From assembly GCA_965202985.1 (NCBI GenBank), contig CBDBCF010000001.1:1152001-1216000 (forward strand): 64,000 bases of DNA. Direction: 5' to 3'. The notes under the pieces were generated by a model. It was not told where the DNA came from and did not search any database. It worked only from the letters and a program-made list of their open reading frames with translations. Positions 28,797 through 37,000 of the stretch are shown piece after piece (the stretch's first letter is position 1; every line of letters begins with the position of its first letter). Source of the stretch: Longimicrobiales bacterium (GTDB taxonomy: Bacteria > Gemmatimonadota > Gemmatimonadetes > Longimicrobiales > Gaopeijiaceae). A program made the translations under genes and the position numbers.

Positions 28797-29987
28797 CTAA
28801 CGAAAGGGCCGCGCTACGGTTCGCACGGGGGGGCCGGGCTTCTGGCCGGAGCGCCACGTCGCGCCGCCCAAGTCGAAAGGTCGGCCGTGTCCTTCAAGCC
28901 GGTCTCCCGCGTCAAAGGCATCGGCCGCGTCCCTCCCGCCGGTCTCCGGTACGTCAAGGGGATCGTCCGTATCCGCCGGACCGGTCTCCAGCACGTCGAA
29001 GGGATCGTCCGCGTCCTTCAAGCCGGCTTCCAGCGCCGCCACCGCGCGCCGCAGCGAGCCGTCGTGCCGGTCCAGGAAGCGCGCGAAGTCGGGCAGCCGA
29101 TGGTAGTAGCGCATCCGGGCCAGCAGCGTCGCGTTGTTCAGGGGCTGGGACTCGAAGCCGCCGAACGACAGCGACCGCAGACGTGGCTTGACCCGCTCGC
29201 GGAAGCGGACCCTGTGGCGCTCGAAGACGGGGCCGCGTCCGGCGATCTTCTGCGCCTCGGTGGCGGTCGAGTCGCCGTAAACGGCTTCCAGGTCGGAGAC
29301 CAGTCCGTCGATGAACGACGAGAAGAGCTGCACGTCCAGCCATCGATCGCGGGCCCTGCGGCACCACACCGTGTCGTCCCCTCCGCCTTCCCGGCCGCAG
29401 AAGAACTCGGCGGCGCCTGCGCGCCCCACCCAGTTGGCGAAGCTCTCGTTGAAGCGGACCTGGCCGGACACGAAGAGGTGGTTGTGCGACAGCTCGTGGA
29501 TCACGGTCGCCACCAGCTCGACCTCGTCGTAGCGCACCACAGTGGACAGCAGGGGGTCCGAGAACCACCCCAGCGTGCTGAACGCCGCCGTGGGCCGCAA
29601 GTGAGTGTCGAAGCCGTCCGACTCCAGCTTCCGCCGCTCGTTCCGGGCGTCTTCCAGGTCGAAGAAGCCCCTGTACGGGACCCGGCCCACGATGGGGAAC
29701 CACCACGTGCGCGAGACCAGGCGGTCCCGGTGCGCCGCCGACAAGATCATCGCCAACGTGTCGCGCTCCAGCTCGACGTAGGTGGTGTAGCTGTCGCCTA
29801 CATCCAAGCCCAGGCGGTCCCGCGCGAACAGCCGGGCCTCGCGGGCCAAGGTGAGCTTGCGGCGAACGCGCTCGTCCGTTTCCGGCGCCAAGACGACCTC
29901 GGGGATCGGCTGGCGCGCGCGGAGGATCTTCGCCTCCTCCCAACCGGCCCGCACCACGTACGCCGGCGAGCACGCCCCTGGCCACAA
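28797..29987 (-). CDS. Putative Zn aminopeptidase (HExxH); true start probably further upstream
   Basis: WWFPIVGRVPYRGFF, AFSTLGWFSDP, IHELSH and FNESFA motifs. Confidence 0.85.
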   Translation of the reverse strand: MWPGACSPAYVVRAGWEEAKILRARQPIPEVVLAPETDERVRRKLTLAREARLFARDRLGLDVGDSYTTYVELERDTLAMILSAAHRDRLVSRTWWFPIVGRVPYRGFFDLEDARNERRKLESDGFDTHLRPTAAFSTLGWFSDPLLSTVVRYDEVELVATVIHELSHNHLFVSGQVRFNESFANWVGRAGAAEFFCGREGGGDDTVWCRRARDRWLDVQLFSSFIDGLVSDLEAVYGDSTATEAQKIAGRGPVFERHRVRFRERVKPRLRSLSFGGFESQPLNNATLLARMRYYHRLPDFARFLDRHDGSLRRAVAALEAGLKDADDPFDVLETGPADTDDPLDVPETGGRDAADAFDAGDRLEGHGRPFDLGGATWRSGQKPGPPVRTVARPFR

Positions 29988-30156
29988 CGCCGCAACCAGA
30001 GCCGCCGCGCCGGTGCCCCCTAGCAGGAACCTGCGTCCGGTGCGGTATCCGGAGCTCGGGGTCGGTCGACGCCCCCCGGCGATTCGGCGGCGACGCCCCG
30101 GCGGACCCGAATTCGTATTCGCTCTCGAACCGGCCGCGCCCGCTTGCGTCGCCGTC

Positions 30157-31044
30157 CTACCGCCCCCCCCCGCCCAGGCTGCGGATCAAGGGAATCCCGC
30201 CCTCCGTGGGCACGTACACCACCGATCCCTCGGGCATCTCCGACAGCTGCTGGATGTAGAAGTACGTGAGGTACTCGGGCGACAGCCCCTCCGTGATGAT
30301 CCGCTGGGCTTCCGCAACGCCCTTGGCCTCTTCGGCCTGCTGGCGCGCGCGCTCCTGGATGATCTGGGTCTGGAAGGCCTCCGCCGCGACTTGCTGCTCG
30401 CGCTCCTGCTTCTGCTCGATCGCCTCCCGAACCCGCGGCGGCGCCTGGATGTCGCGCACGAAGACGGTGTTGATCGTGATCCGCCCTTCGGCCTTGGCCT
30501 GAATCTCCTCCTTCACGCTCTCCGCAAGCTCTCTCCGGTTGGGCGAGAAGATGTCGTTGATCGACTTGGTGGCCACGGCGTCGCGGACCCCGTTCCGCAC
30601 GGCGTTCAGGATGATGTTGCGCTTGATGCGCTCCTCGGAGCCGATGTTCTGGTAGAGCGACGGGGCGTTGTCGCCGTCGATCTCGAAGAGGATGGCGACG
30701 TCCATGGTGACGTTGAGCTGCTCGGAGGTCTGCGCCTCGATCTGCTCGTTGCCTTCGCCCGGAAACGTTTGTTCCCGCACCGACATCCGTTCCACGTTGG
30801 CGAGCGGATTGATGATGTTGACGCCCTCGCGGAGCGGCGTCGCGTCCACCTTGCCCAAGAAGTGCTTGACGCCGACTTCGCCGACCGGGATCACCACCAC
30901 CGTGTTCAGCGAGAAGAGCGCGACTCCCAGGAACATGATGACGTAGCCCGCCAGCTTGTTGGGGAGGCCGGTCTTGTTGGCGGGAAGGGAACGTACGACC
31001 GCCCCGATGGCGATCATTGCGACGGCTACGGCTGCGAATCCCAT
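30157..31044 (-). CDS. SPFH/prohibitin (band 7) family protein
   Basis: AAGGAG RBS, two N-terminal TM segments, VIPVGEVGV, EGVNIINP, coiled-coil tail. Confidence 0.9.
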   Translation of the reverse strand: MGFAAVAVAMIAIGAVVRSLPANKTGLPNKLAGYVIMFLGVALFSLNTVVVIPVGEVGVKHFLGKVDATPLREGVNIINPLANVERMSVREQTFPGEGNEQIEAQTSEQLNVTMDVAILFEIDGDNAPSLYQNIGSEERIKRNIILNAVRNGVRDAVATKSINDIFSPNRRELAESVKEEIQAKAEGRITINTVFVRDIQAPPRVREAIEQKQEREQQVAAEAFQTQIIQERARQQAEEAKGVAEAQRIITEGLSPEYLTYFYIQQLSEMPEGSVVYVPTEGGIPLIRSLGGGGR

Positions 31045-31106
31045 GTTGCTGCTCCTTGCGGTTGGTTGGCTTTGTGCTTGCGTTCGGGTTGTTCTGCGCG
31101 GGCGGC

Positions 31107-32552
31107 TCAGCGCCGCCTTGGAATCTGCCCGCCGGGATAGGCGACCGGGCTCTCGTTGCCGTCGGCGCCCACCGCCGCCACGCCGAAGAGGTAGTTGTCG
31201 ATCACCAGCCCCTCCAACGTGAACGAGCTTTGGTCGCCCACCCAGCGGGAGCGCTGCCACCGGGGCGCGGTGGTGTCCCGCCAGTAGACTTTGTAGCCGG
31301 CCAGCCGGGGGTCGTCCACGGCTTCCCACTCCAGCGTGGTGGACGGCCGGACCGCGCCGCCGATCCGCACGTTGGACGGCGCGGGAGGCGCCCAGGCGAG
31401 CTGCGCCAGCACGGCCGCGTTGAGGGCGGTCATCTTGGCGGCGTACTCGAAGTCCACGCCTTCCACTACGTCGCCGTACGCGATTCCGTTCTCCGTGCGG
31501 ATGTTCTGGTGCTGCCGCTCGTAGTGCTCGTGGGTCTCCATGATGCGGACCGCAGGGAAGCCGGCGTCGTTGAAGGGCTGGTGGTGGCCTCCGCGTCCGA
31601 AGCGGTCCAAGCGGTAGATCATGATCGGGTCCAGGTTGGCCACGTACTCGTCGGCGGTGCGGGCCACGTAGCGCGCCAGCTGTCTGGACGGGCCGTCCAC
31701 CTCGCCGCCGAAGACGCGGCGCCGGGCGTGGTCCCGCTCCGCGTCGGTGGCTGGGACGGGCTCCGAGAACACGCGGAAGGTGTTGTTCTCGATCACGCCG
31801 TCCACCCCCTCGATGTTGCCGATCATGTCGTTGTTGAGCACGCCGACGATATCCCACTCCTCCTCTCGGGCGACCTGCGCCATGTGGCGTCCGCCCCACA
31901 GCCCCTGCTCCTCGCCCGACAGCCCGGCCAGCACCAGCGTGCTGCCGAACTCGTACTCGGCCAGGAGCCGCGCAGCTTCGATCGCCCCGGCCATGCCGGA
32001 AGCGTTGTCGTTGGCGCCGGGGGCGTCCGATTCGCCGTCGGCGGCGTCCGACGCCCGCGAGTCGATGTCGCCCGACATGATCACGTAGCGGTTCGGAGCG
32101 ACCGTTCCCCGCTTGATCGCCAGCACGTTGACCACCCATGTGTCCTGCGGGATGCGGGGGCTGTCCTCGGCGGTCACCAGGCTCCGCTGGTAGACGACTT
32201 CGTAGCACCCTCCGCACGCCGCCGATACGCGGTCGAACTCGGCCTTGATCCAGCGACGGGCCGCCCCGATGCCTCGGGAGTCCGACACGGTGTCCGAGAA
32301 GGTGTTGCGCGTGCCGAAGCCGGCCAGCGCGCGGATGTCGGCCTCCACGCGCTCCGGGGACGCCGAGGCCGCGATCTCGTAGATGCGCGGGTCCACCTCC
32401 GGGGGCGGCGCCTGGGCGGCAAGGGGAGGAGCGGGAGCGAACGCGACGGCGAGCGATGCGATCGTCGCCACAGCAGCTGTCGCCGGCGCGGCGGCGTTGG
32501 CGAACCAAACGGCTGGAGGCGGCGTTCCTCCGGTGTGGTCCAGGTTGCTCAA
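31107..32552 (-). CDS. Secreted M28 family metallopeptidase with C-terminal Fn3-like domain
   Basis: GDIDSR, PGANDNASG, GEEQGL, NNDMIG and GGHH motifs; start TTG 32552 (alternative ATG 32558). Confidence 0.9.
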   Translation of the reverse strand: MSNLDHTGGTPPPAVWFANAAAPATAAVATIASLAVAFAPAPPLAAQAPPPEVDPRIYEIAASASPERVEADIRALAGFGTRNTFSDTVSDSRGIGAARRWIKAEFDRVSAACGGCYEVVYQRSLVTAEDSPRIPQDTWVVNVLAIKRGTVAPNRYVIMSGDIDSRASDAADGESDAPGANDNASGMAGAIEAARLLAEYEFGSTLVLAGLSGEEQGLWGGRHMAQVAREEEWDIVGVLNNDMIGNIEGVDGVIENNTFRVFSEPVPATDAERDHARRRVFGGEVDGPSRQLARYVARTADEYVANLDPIMIYRLDRFGRGGHHQPFNDAGFPAVRIMETHEHYERQHQNIRTENGIAYGDVVEGVDFEYAAKMTALNAAVLAQLAWAPPAPSNVRIGGAVRPSTTLEWEAVDDPRLAGYKVYWRDTTAPRWQRSRWVGDQSSFTLEGLVIDNYLFGVAAVGADGNESPVAYPGGQIPRRR

Positions 32553-33613
32553 GTCCATTCTCCTTGTTGGCTGGGCGCTTTCCGTCTGCTCCGGGCTTCG
32601 CGTCCCGCTCCGGCGCGCCCGCCGTTTTCGGCTCCGTTCCCCCACTCCAGCAGGATCTTGCCGAAGTTCCGGTTCGCCTCCATTCGCCGGTGGGCGTCCG
32701 CCGCCTCCTCCGCTGGAAAGATGCGGTCCACGATCGGCTTGAGCGAACCGTCGGCGAAGCCCGGCAGGACGTCCGTCTCGAACTCTCGCGCCAGCGCGGC
32801 CTTCTCCTCCACCGGTCGAGCCCGCAGCATCGTACCCATCATGCGCGCGCGCCGCACCATGAGAAGGCGCAGGTCGACCTCTGCCCGCGCGCCCCCCGGC
32901 ACCCCCACAACGACGTGGCGTCCCCGCGGCGCGACCGCGGCTTGGTTCCGCTCCAAGTAAGGCCCTCCCACGAGGTCCAGGATCACGTCGGCCCCGCGCC
33001 CGTCCGTCGCGTCCTTCACGGCCCGCTGCCAATCGCCATCTCCGTCCAGCCCCAGCACCAGCCCCATCTCCGCAGCCCGCTCCAGCTTGGCCGGCGTACG
33101 CGAAGTCCCGATCACCCGAGCCCCTGCCCGTCGCGCCAGCTGGAGGGCCGCCGTCCCCACGCCGCTCCCGACCGCGTGCACCAGCAGCGTCTCGCCCGCC
33201 TCGAGCCCCCCTTGCCGAAAGACGGCATCGTAGGCGGTCATGTAGACCTCGGGGATTGCCCCCGCCTCCCGCACGTCCACTCCAGCCGGGACCGCAACCG
33301 CCACCGTCTCGTGGACCACGACCCTCTCCGCGTAACCGCCTCCGGCCACGATCCCCATGACGCGCTGACCGGGCCGCCACCGGGTCGTTCCGGGCCCGAC
33401 CGCCTCCACCGTCCCCGCGAACTCCAACCCCGGCACCTCCGACTCGCCCGGCGGCGGCGGGTAGAGCCCCCGTCGCTGCAGGAGGTCCGCCCGGTTGACC
33501 CCCGACACGACCACGCGCACCGCGATCTCTCGGTTGCCCGGCGCCGGCTCGGGCACGGAGGCGACCCGAAGGACTTCCGGCCCTCCGAACTCGGGAACGA
33601 CGACGGCGCGCAT
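32549..33613 (-). CDS. NAD(P)H-quinone oxidoreductase, PIG3 family
   Basis: GVNRADLLQRRGLYPPP, PGLEFAG, AVGSGVG and NFGKILL motifs. Confidence 0.93.
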   Translation of the reverse strand: MRAVVVPEFGGPEVLRVASVPEPAPGNREIAVRVVVSGVNRADLLQRRGLYPPPPGESEVPGLEFAGTVEAVGPGTTRWRPGQRVMGIVAGGGYAERVVVHETVAVAVPAGVDVREAGAIPEVYMTAYDAVFRQGGLEAGETLLVHAVGSGVGTAALQLARRAGARVIGTSRTPAKLERAAEMGLVLGLDGDGDWQRAVKDATDGRGADVILDLVGGPYLERNQAAVAPRGRHVVVGVPGGARAEVDLRLLMVRRARMMGTMLRARPVEEKAALAREFETDVLPGFADGSLKPIVDRIFPAEEAADAHRRMEANRNFGKILLEWGNGAENGGRAGAGREARSRRKAPSQQGEWT

Positions 33614-33673
33614 GGAGCGAATGATGGGGCAAGGGGGAAGGGGCGGCTAGCGGTAGGACGAGCGCCCGTCCGG

Positions 33674-34015
33674 TCACTCCCGCGGTTCTGCGCCCGTCTC
33701 GGCACCCCTGGTCAGGACGACGTAGGCGCGCTTGATCTCGCGACGGAAAGAATCGGGCAACCGGTTCCAGTCGCGAACATCCACGAGGAACGGGATGTTC
33801 GACTCGCTCAGTGCGTCCATCAGCGCCGACAGCCGACGCAAGGGAATTCGCTCGTGCCCCGGGGCCCGCAACACGAGGTCCAGGTCGCTGGCGTCGTGGC
33901 TGCGGCCGTTGACGCGGCTGCCGTACGCCCACACCTCGGCTTCGGGCACGTGCGTGCGCAACAGCTCCGCAAGCATCTTCCGATGGCGAGGCGCCAAGTG
34001 CAGTCGTTCGGTCAC
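33674..34015 (-). CDS. Minimal nucleotidyltransferase (MNT) antitoxin
   Basis: YGSRVNG..SDLDL (GSX10DXD) and PFLVDV motifs. Confidence 0.9.
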   Translation of the reverse strand: MTERLHLAPRHRKMLAELLRTHVPEAEVWAYGSRVNGRSHDASDLDLVLRAPGHERIPLRRLSALMDALSESNIPFLVDVRDWNRLPDSFRREIKRAYVVLTRGAETGAEPRE

Positions 34016-34443
34016 GGGGCGCTCCGAACCGCTTCCGCAAGCGCACGCGCATCCGATATGAACTCCGGCAGCAACTGGAGCGTGTCCGTGGCGAATACTT
34101 GACCGTAGTCGTGGGCGACGACGTTGCGGGCATCACGGTATTCGAGCCAGCGCTCGCACGCGTCGGCGGAGATCAAGCCGTGCTTTGCGGCGTGTCGAAA
34201 CACGTCCTTGAAGGAAAGGCGGTCGGCTTGGCGGTCGCTCGCAAAGAAGGGCCGCAAGCGTCGTTTCAGCAGCTTGCCGCTCAGTTCCAGCGCCACTTCG
34301 AACTCCTTGACGCAAGCCGCTCGTCCCACGGCGTAGGCGGTGTCGCCGGGCTCGGCATCGAGAAGCCACTCGCGGGCTTGGTCCAGAGCCTGGATGCAAC
34401 GCTCCAAGTGCTCGGTCTGGATATGGGCCGGTCGTTCCTCCAA
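34012..34443 (-). CDS. HEPN RNase toxin (HI0074/nucleotidyltransferase substrate-binding family)
   Basis: VKEFEVALEL, KDVFRHAAKHGLI and RNVVAHDY (RX4HXY); TTG start with AGAGG RBS. Confidence 0.88.
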   Translation of the reverse strand: MEERPAHIQTEHLERCIQALDQAREWLLDAEPGDTAYAVGRAACVKEFEVALELSGKLLKRRLRPFFASDRQADRLSFKDVFRHAAKHGLISADACERWLEYRDARNVVAHDYGQVFATDTLQLLPEFISDARALAEAVRSAP

Positions 34444-34522
34444 GGCGTCTGTCCTCTTCGGGCCGGAATGCCCTCGGGGCCTCGTGTCTGGCGGTCGGCC
34501 TTCGATCCGTCGCTGGACCGCG

Positions 34523-36013
34523 CTACAGGAGTTCGCGAGCAACGGCCAGACCCCTGACGACCGCCGCGTCGAACCAGTCGGCAAAGCGGTCGGTGACCGC
34601 ATGCCCGGCTTCTTTGTAGTTGACCTGAAACGGCTCCTCCGTCAACGCCCCGACGTTGCTGGCGGGGATGACGAAGTCCCCGTTCGGGTCCTTCTCGTAG
34701 ACGCAGACCGACCCGACGATCACGCCCCTGAATTCGTGGCCGAGACCGTGAAGCGACAGCAGGATCTCGGAGCGCGTCGGCGTGATCAAGACGAGCCGGG
34801 CCCAGGAGTGATGCGACCCGACGTTGGCAAAGTATCCGAGCGCCTTCGCCGTCTCGACAACCTGATACCGAAACCAGTGCGCCTTGTCGTCGCCGTTGTT
34901 GCAATCGGCGAAGAACTTGAACGGGCGACCCGACGGCGCCACCGGCTGCAACTCGGAACCCAGCTTCTGGGCAAGCTGCCGCAGCTTCTCGAACGCCGTG
35001 CCTTGAAGCCCTGCGCTCAACTCCTTGGCTCGATTCCATGTGCTCGCCAGCTCGCGCGGTCGCCGTTTCTCCAGAGTCTCGTGCATGGCGGCGATGACGG
35101 CATCCTGCCTTTGCACTTGTTGCCTTGCCTGCGCGGCGACGCCCAACGCACGGATGAACTCCTTCTTCTCAATGCGAGCGAACATCTCGACGAGCGGGCC
35201 GAGCTCGCCCTGGTCGGCGTCTTTCAGCGCATCGATGTAGACGTCTCGCTGGGCGTTCTCGACCACAAGCGGAAATCCGCCGGCTTTCAGCAGCACAAGC
35301 GTGGTCAACGTCCGCGCCACCCGACCGTTTCCGTCCTGAAACGGATGGATCTGGGCGAACCTGTGATGAAGCCAAGCGGCCTGGACCTCCGCCGCCACTC
35401 CTTCCGACTCGTGGCAGCGATGCATTTCGATCAGCCGATCCATCTCGGAAGCGACCTGCTCCGGTGGACAGTATTCGTGAATCCTGCCATCCGCTTCCCG
35501 AGGGTTGTTGGGGCGTTGCTTGTAGTCGCCTCTTCGCAGCGGAACCTTGAATGGCCTGCCCAGCGCATCGACCGCCTCGGCGTGAGTCTGGTTGGCGGTC
35601 AGTACCGAGTGCAGCTCCTTGACGTACGACGTGCCGAGCTCCCGACTGTCCGCCACGAAGTCGAACAACCCCGTCACGGCGTCGTGCTGGTCGCGGATCA
35701 TGCGGATCACGTGCTCCGGGTCGCCGTTCGTGGCGCCGTGAGGAACAAGGGCCGCGTCCAAGCCCCGTTCCACCAGCAACACCGTGGTGCCGCGATCCAG
35801 CGTGTACAGGCGTTCGATCAGCCCCGTCTCGATCGCCAGGCGGCGCACCAAGCGTACGTGGAACTCCCTCACCGCGTCGTCGGCCTCGAGCTCGGCCTTC
35901 TGTTCTCGCCAAACGGCCCGCAGGGCTGCCAAGTCGTCGTGGGCCAGCGCACAGTGGTCGGCCGGCAGGTCGGCGATCGGGCTCCATTGATGTGCGAATT
36001 CATGTTGCGACAC
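34523..36013 (-). CDS. Fic family protein with C-terminal extension
   Basis: Canonical HPFQDGNGRVAR; AIETGLIER inhibitory-helix-like motif; GAGGAGG RBS. Confidence 0.92.
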   Translation of the reverse strand: MSQHEFAHQWSPIADLPADHCALAHDDLAALRAVWREQKAELEADDAVREFHVRLVRRLAIETGLIERLYTLDRGTTVLLVERGLDAALVPHGATNGDPEHVIRMIRDQHDAVTGLFDFVADSRELGTSYVKELHSVLTANQTHAEAVDALGRPFKVPLRRGDYKQRPNNPREADGRIHEYCPPEQVASEMDRLIEMHRCHESEGVAAEVQAAWLHHRFAQIHPFQDGNGRVARTLTTLVLLKAGGFPLVVENAQRDVYIDALKDADQGELGPLVEMFARIEKKEFIRALGVAAQARQQVQRQDAVIAAMHETLEKRRPRELASTWNRAKELSAGLQGTAFEKLRQLAQKLGSELQPVAPSGRPFKFFADCNNGDDKAHWFRYQVVETAKALGYFANVGSHHSWARLVLITPTRSEILLSLHGLGHEFRGVIVGSVCVYEKDPNGDFVIPASNVGALTEEPFQVNYKEAGHAVTDRFADWFDAAVVRGLAVARELL

Positions 36014-36154
36014 CACGGCCTCCTCGGAGACGACATCCGTTCTGCTAGGCGCACGAGAGAAGATAGCGCCGCCCGGCCACCTCCAAGCGCCGACTACCCC
36101 TCGAGCGGCTCGCCAAGTGCCGAGAAGACGCAGGGCGGCGTTATACTTGGCCCT

Positions 36155-37000
36155 ATGACCAGCCTGCCCTTCGAGCTCGACAGGCCCATCGTCTTCTTCG
36201 ACTTGGAGACGACGGGCCGAAGCGCGGCCAGCGACCGGATCGTGGAGCTGGCGGCGATCAAGATCGGCCCCGACGGCGACCGCGACGAACGAGTGCGCCG
36301 CTTCAACCCCGAGATGCCGATCCCCGCGGAAGCCACGGAGATCCACGGGATCGCCGACGAGGACGTGAAGGACGAGCCTCCGTTCCGCAGCCGAGCCAAG
36401 TCGCTGGCGGAGTTCCTGGGAGCGTGCGACCTGGGCGGCTTCAACATTCGGCGCTACGACCTTCCGATGCTCATGGCCGAGTTCCGCCGCGCGGCCATCC
36501 CCTTCGAGGTCGGCGACCGACGCCTGGTGGACGTGCAGGTCATCTACCACCAGCAGGAACCCAGGAACCTGACGGCGGCGGTCAAGTTCTACCTGAACCG
36601 CGACCACAGCAAAGAAGCGCATCGAGCCCTGGACGACGCCAGCGCCACTCTGGACGTCATGATCGCGCAGATGGAGCGCTACGACCTGCCCCGCAGCATC
36701 AAGGGGCTTCACGACCTCTGCAACGAGTACGCGCCCTTCGAGTCCGAGTTCGACCGCTGGTTCTCCAAGACACTGGCCAGCGATGCGTCCGAGGGCGGCG
36801 CGCTGGTCTTCCGACGCGGCAAGCACCGGGGCACGCCGTTGGACGAAGTGGCCCGCGACAAGCCGGACTACTTGGAGTGGATGCTCCGCCTTGAAGACTT
36901 GGACGCCCAGGTGCTCGACGCCGCAAGAGACGCCCTGGGCCGCCACGACCCCAACCAAACCGTGCTCGACCTGCCGAAACCATCGGAGCCCGACTCATGA
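36155..37000 (+). CDS. DEDDh 3'-5' exonuclease (DnaQ-like)
   Basis: FFDLETTG, GFNIRRYD and AHRALDD motifs; C-terminal FRRGKHRG..YLEWM domain. Confidence 0.92.
   Translation: MTSLPFELDRPIVFFDLETTGRSAASDRIVELAAIKIGPDGDRDERVRRFNPEMPIPAEATEIHGIADEDVKDEPPFRSRAKSLAEFLGACDLGGFNIRRYDLPMLMAEFRRAAIPFEVGDRRLVDVQVIYHQQEPRNLTAAVKFYLNRDHSKEAHRALDDASATLDVMIAQMERYDLPRSIKGLHDLCNEYAPFESEFDRWFSKTLASDASEGGALVFRRGKHRGTPLDEVARDKPDYLEWMLRLEDLDAQVLDAARDALGRHDPNQTVLDLPKPSEPDS

Noticed and set aside
30157..36958. Apparent giant ORFs 30157-32508, 31107-34136, 34340-37000 and 34523-36958 suggesting fusions
   Set aside because: Only the C-terminal parts have motifs and their own RBS/start; the extensions overlap other genuine genes
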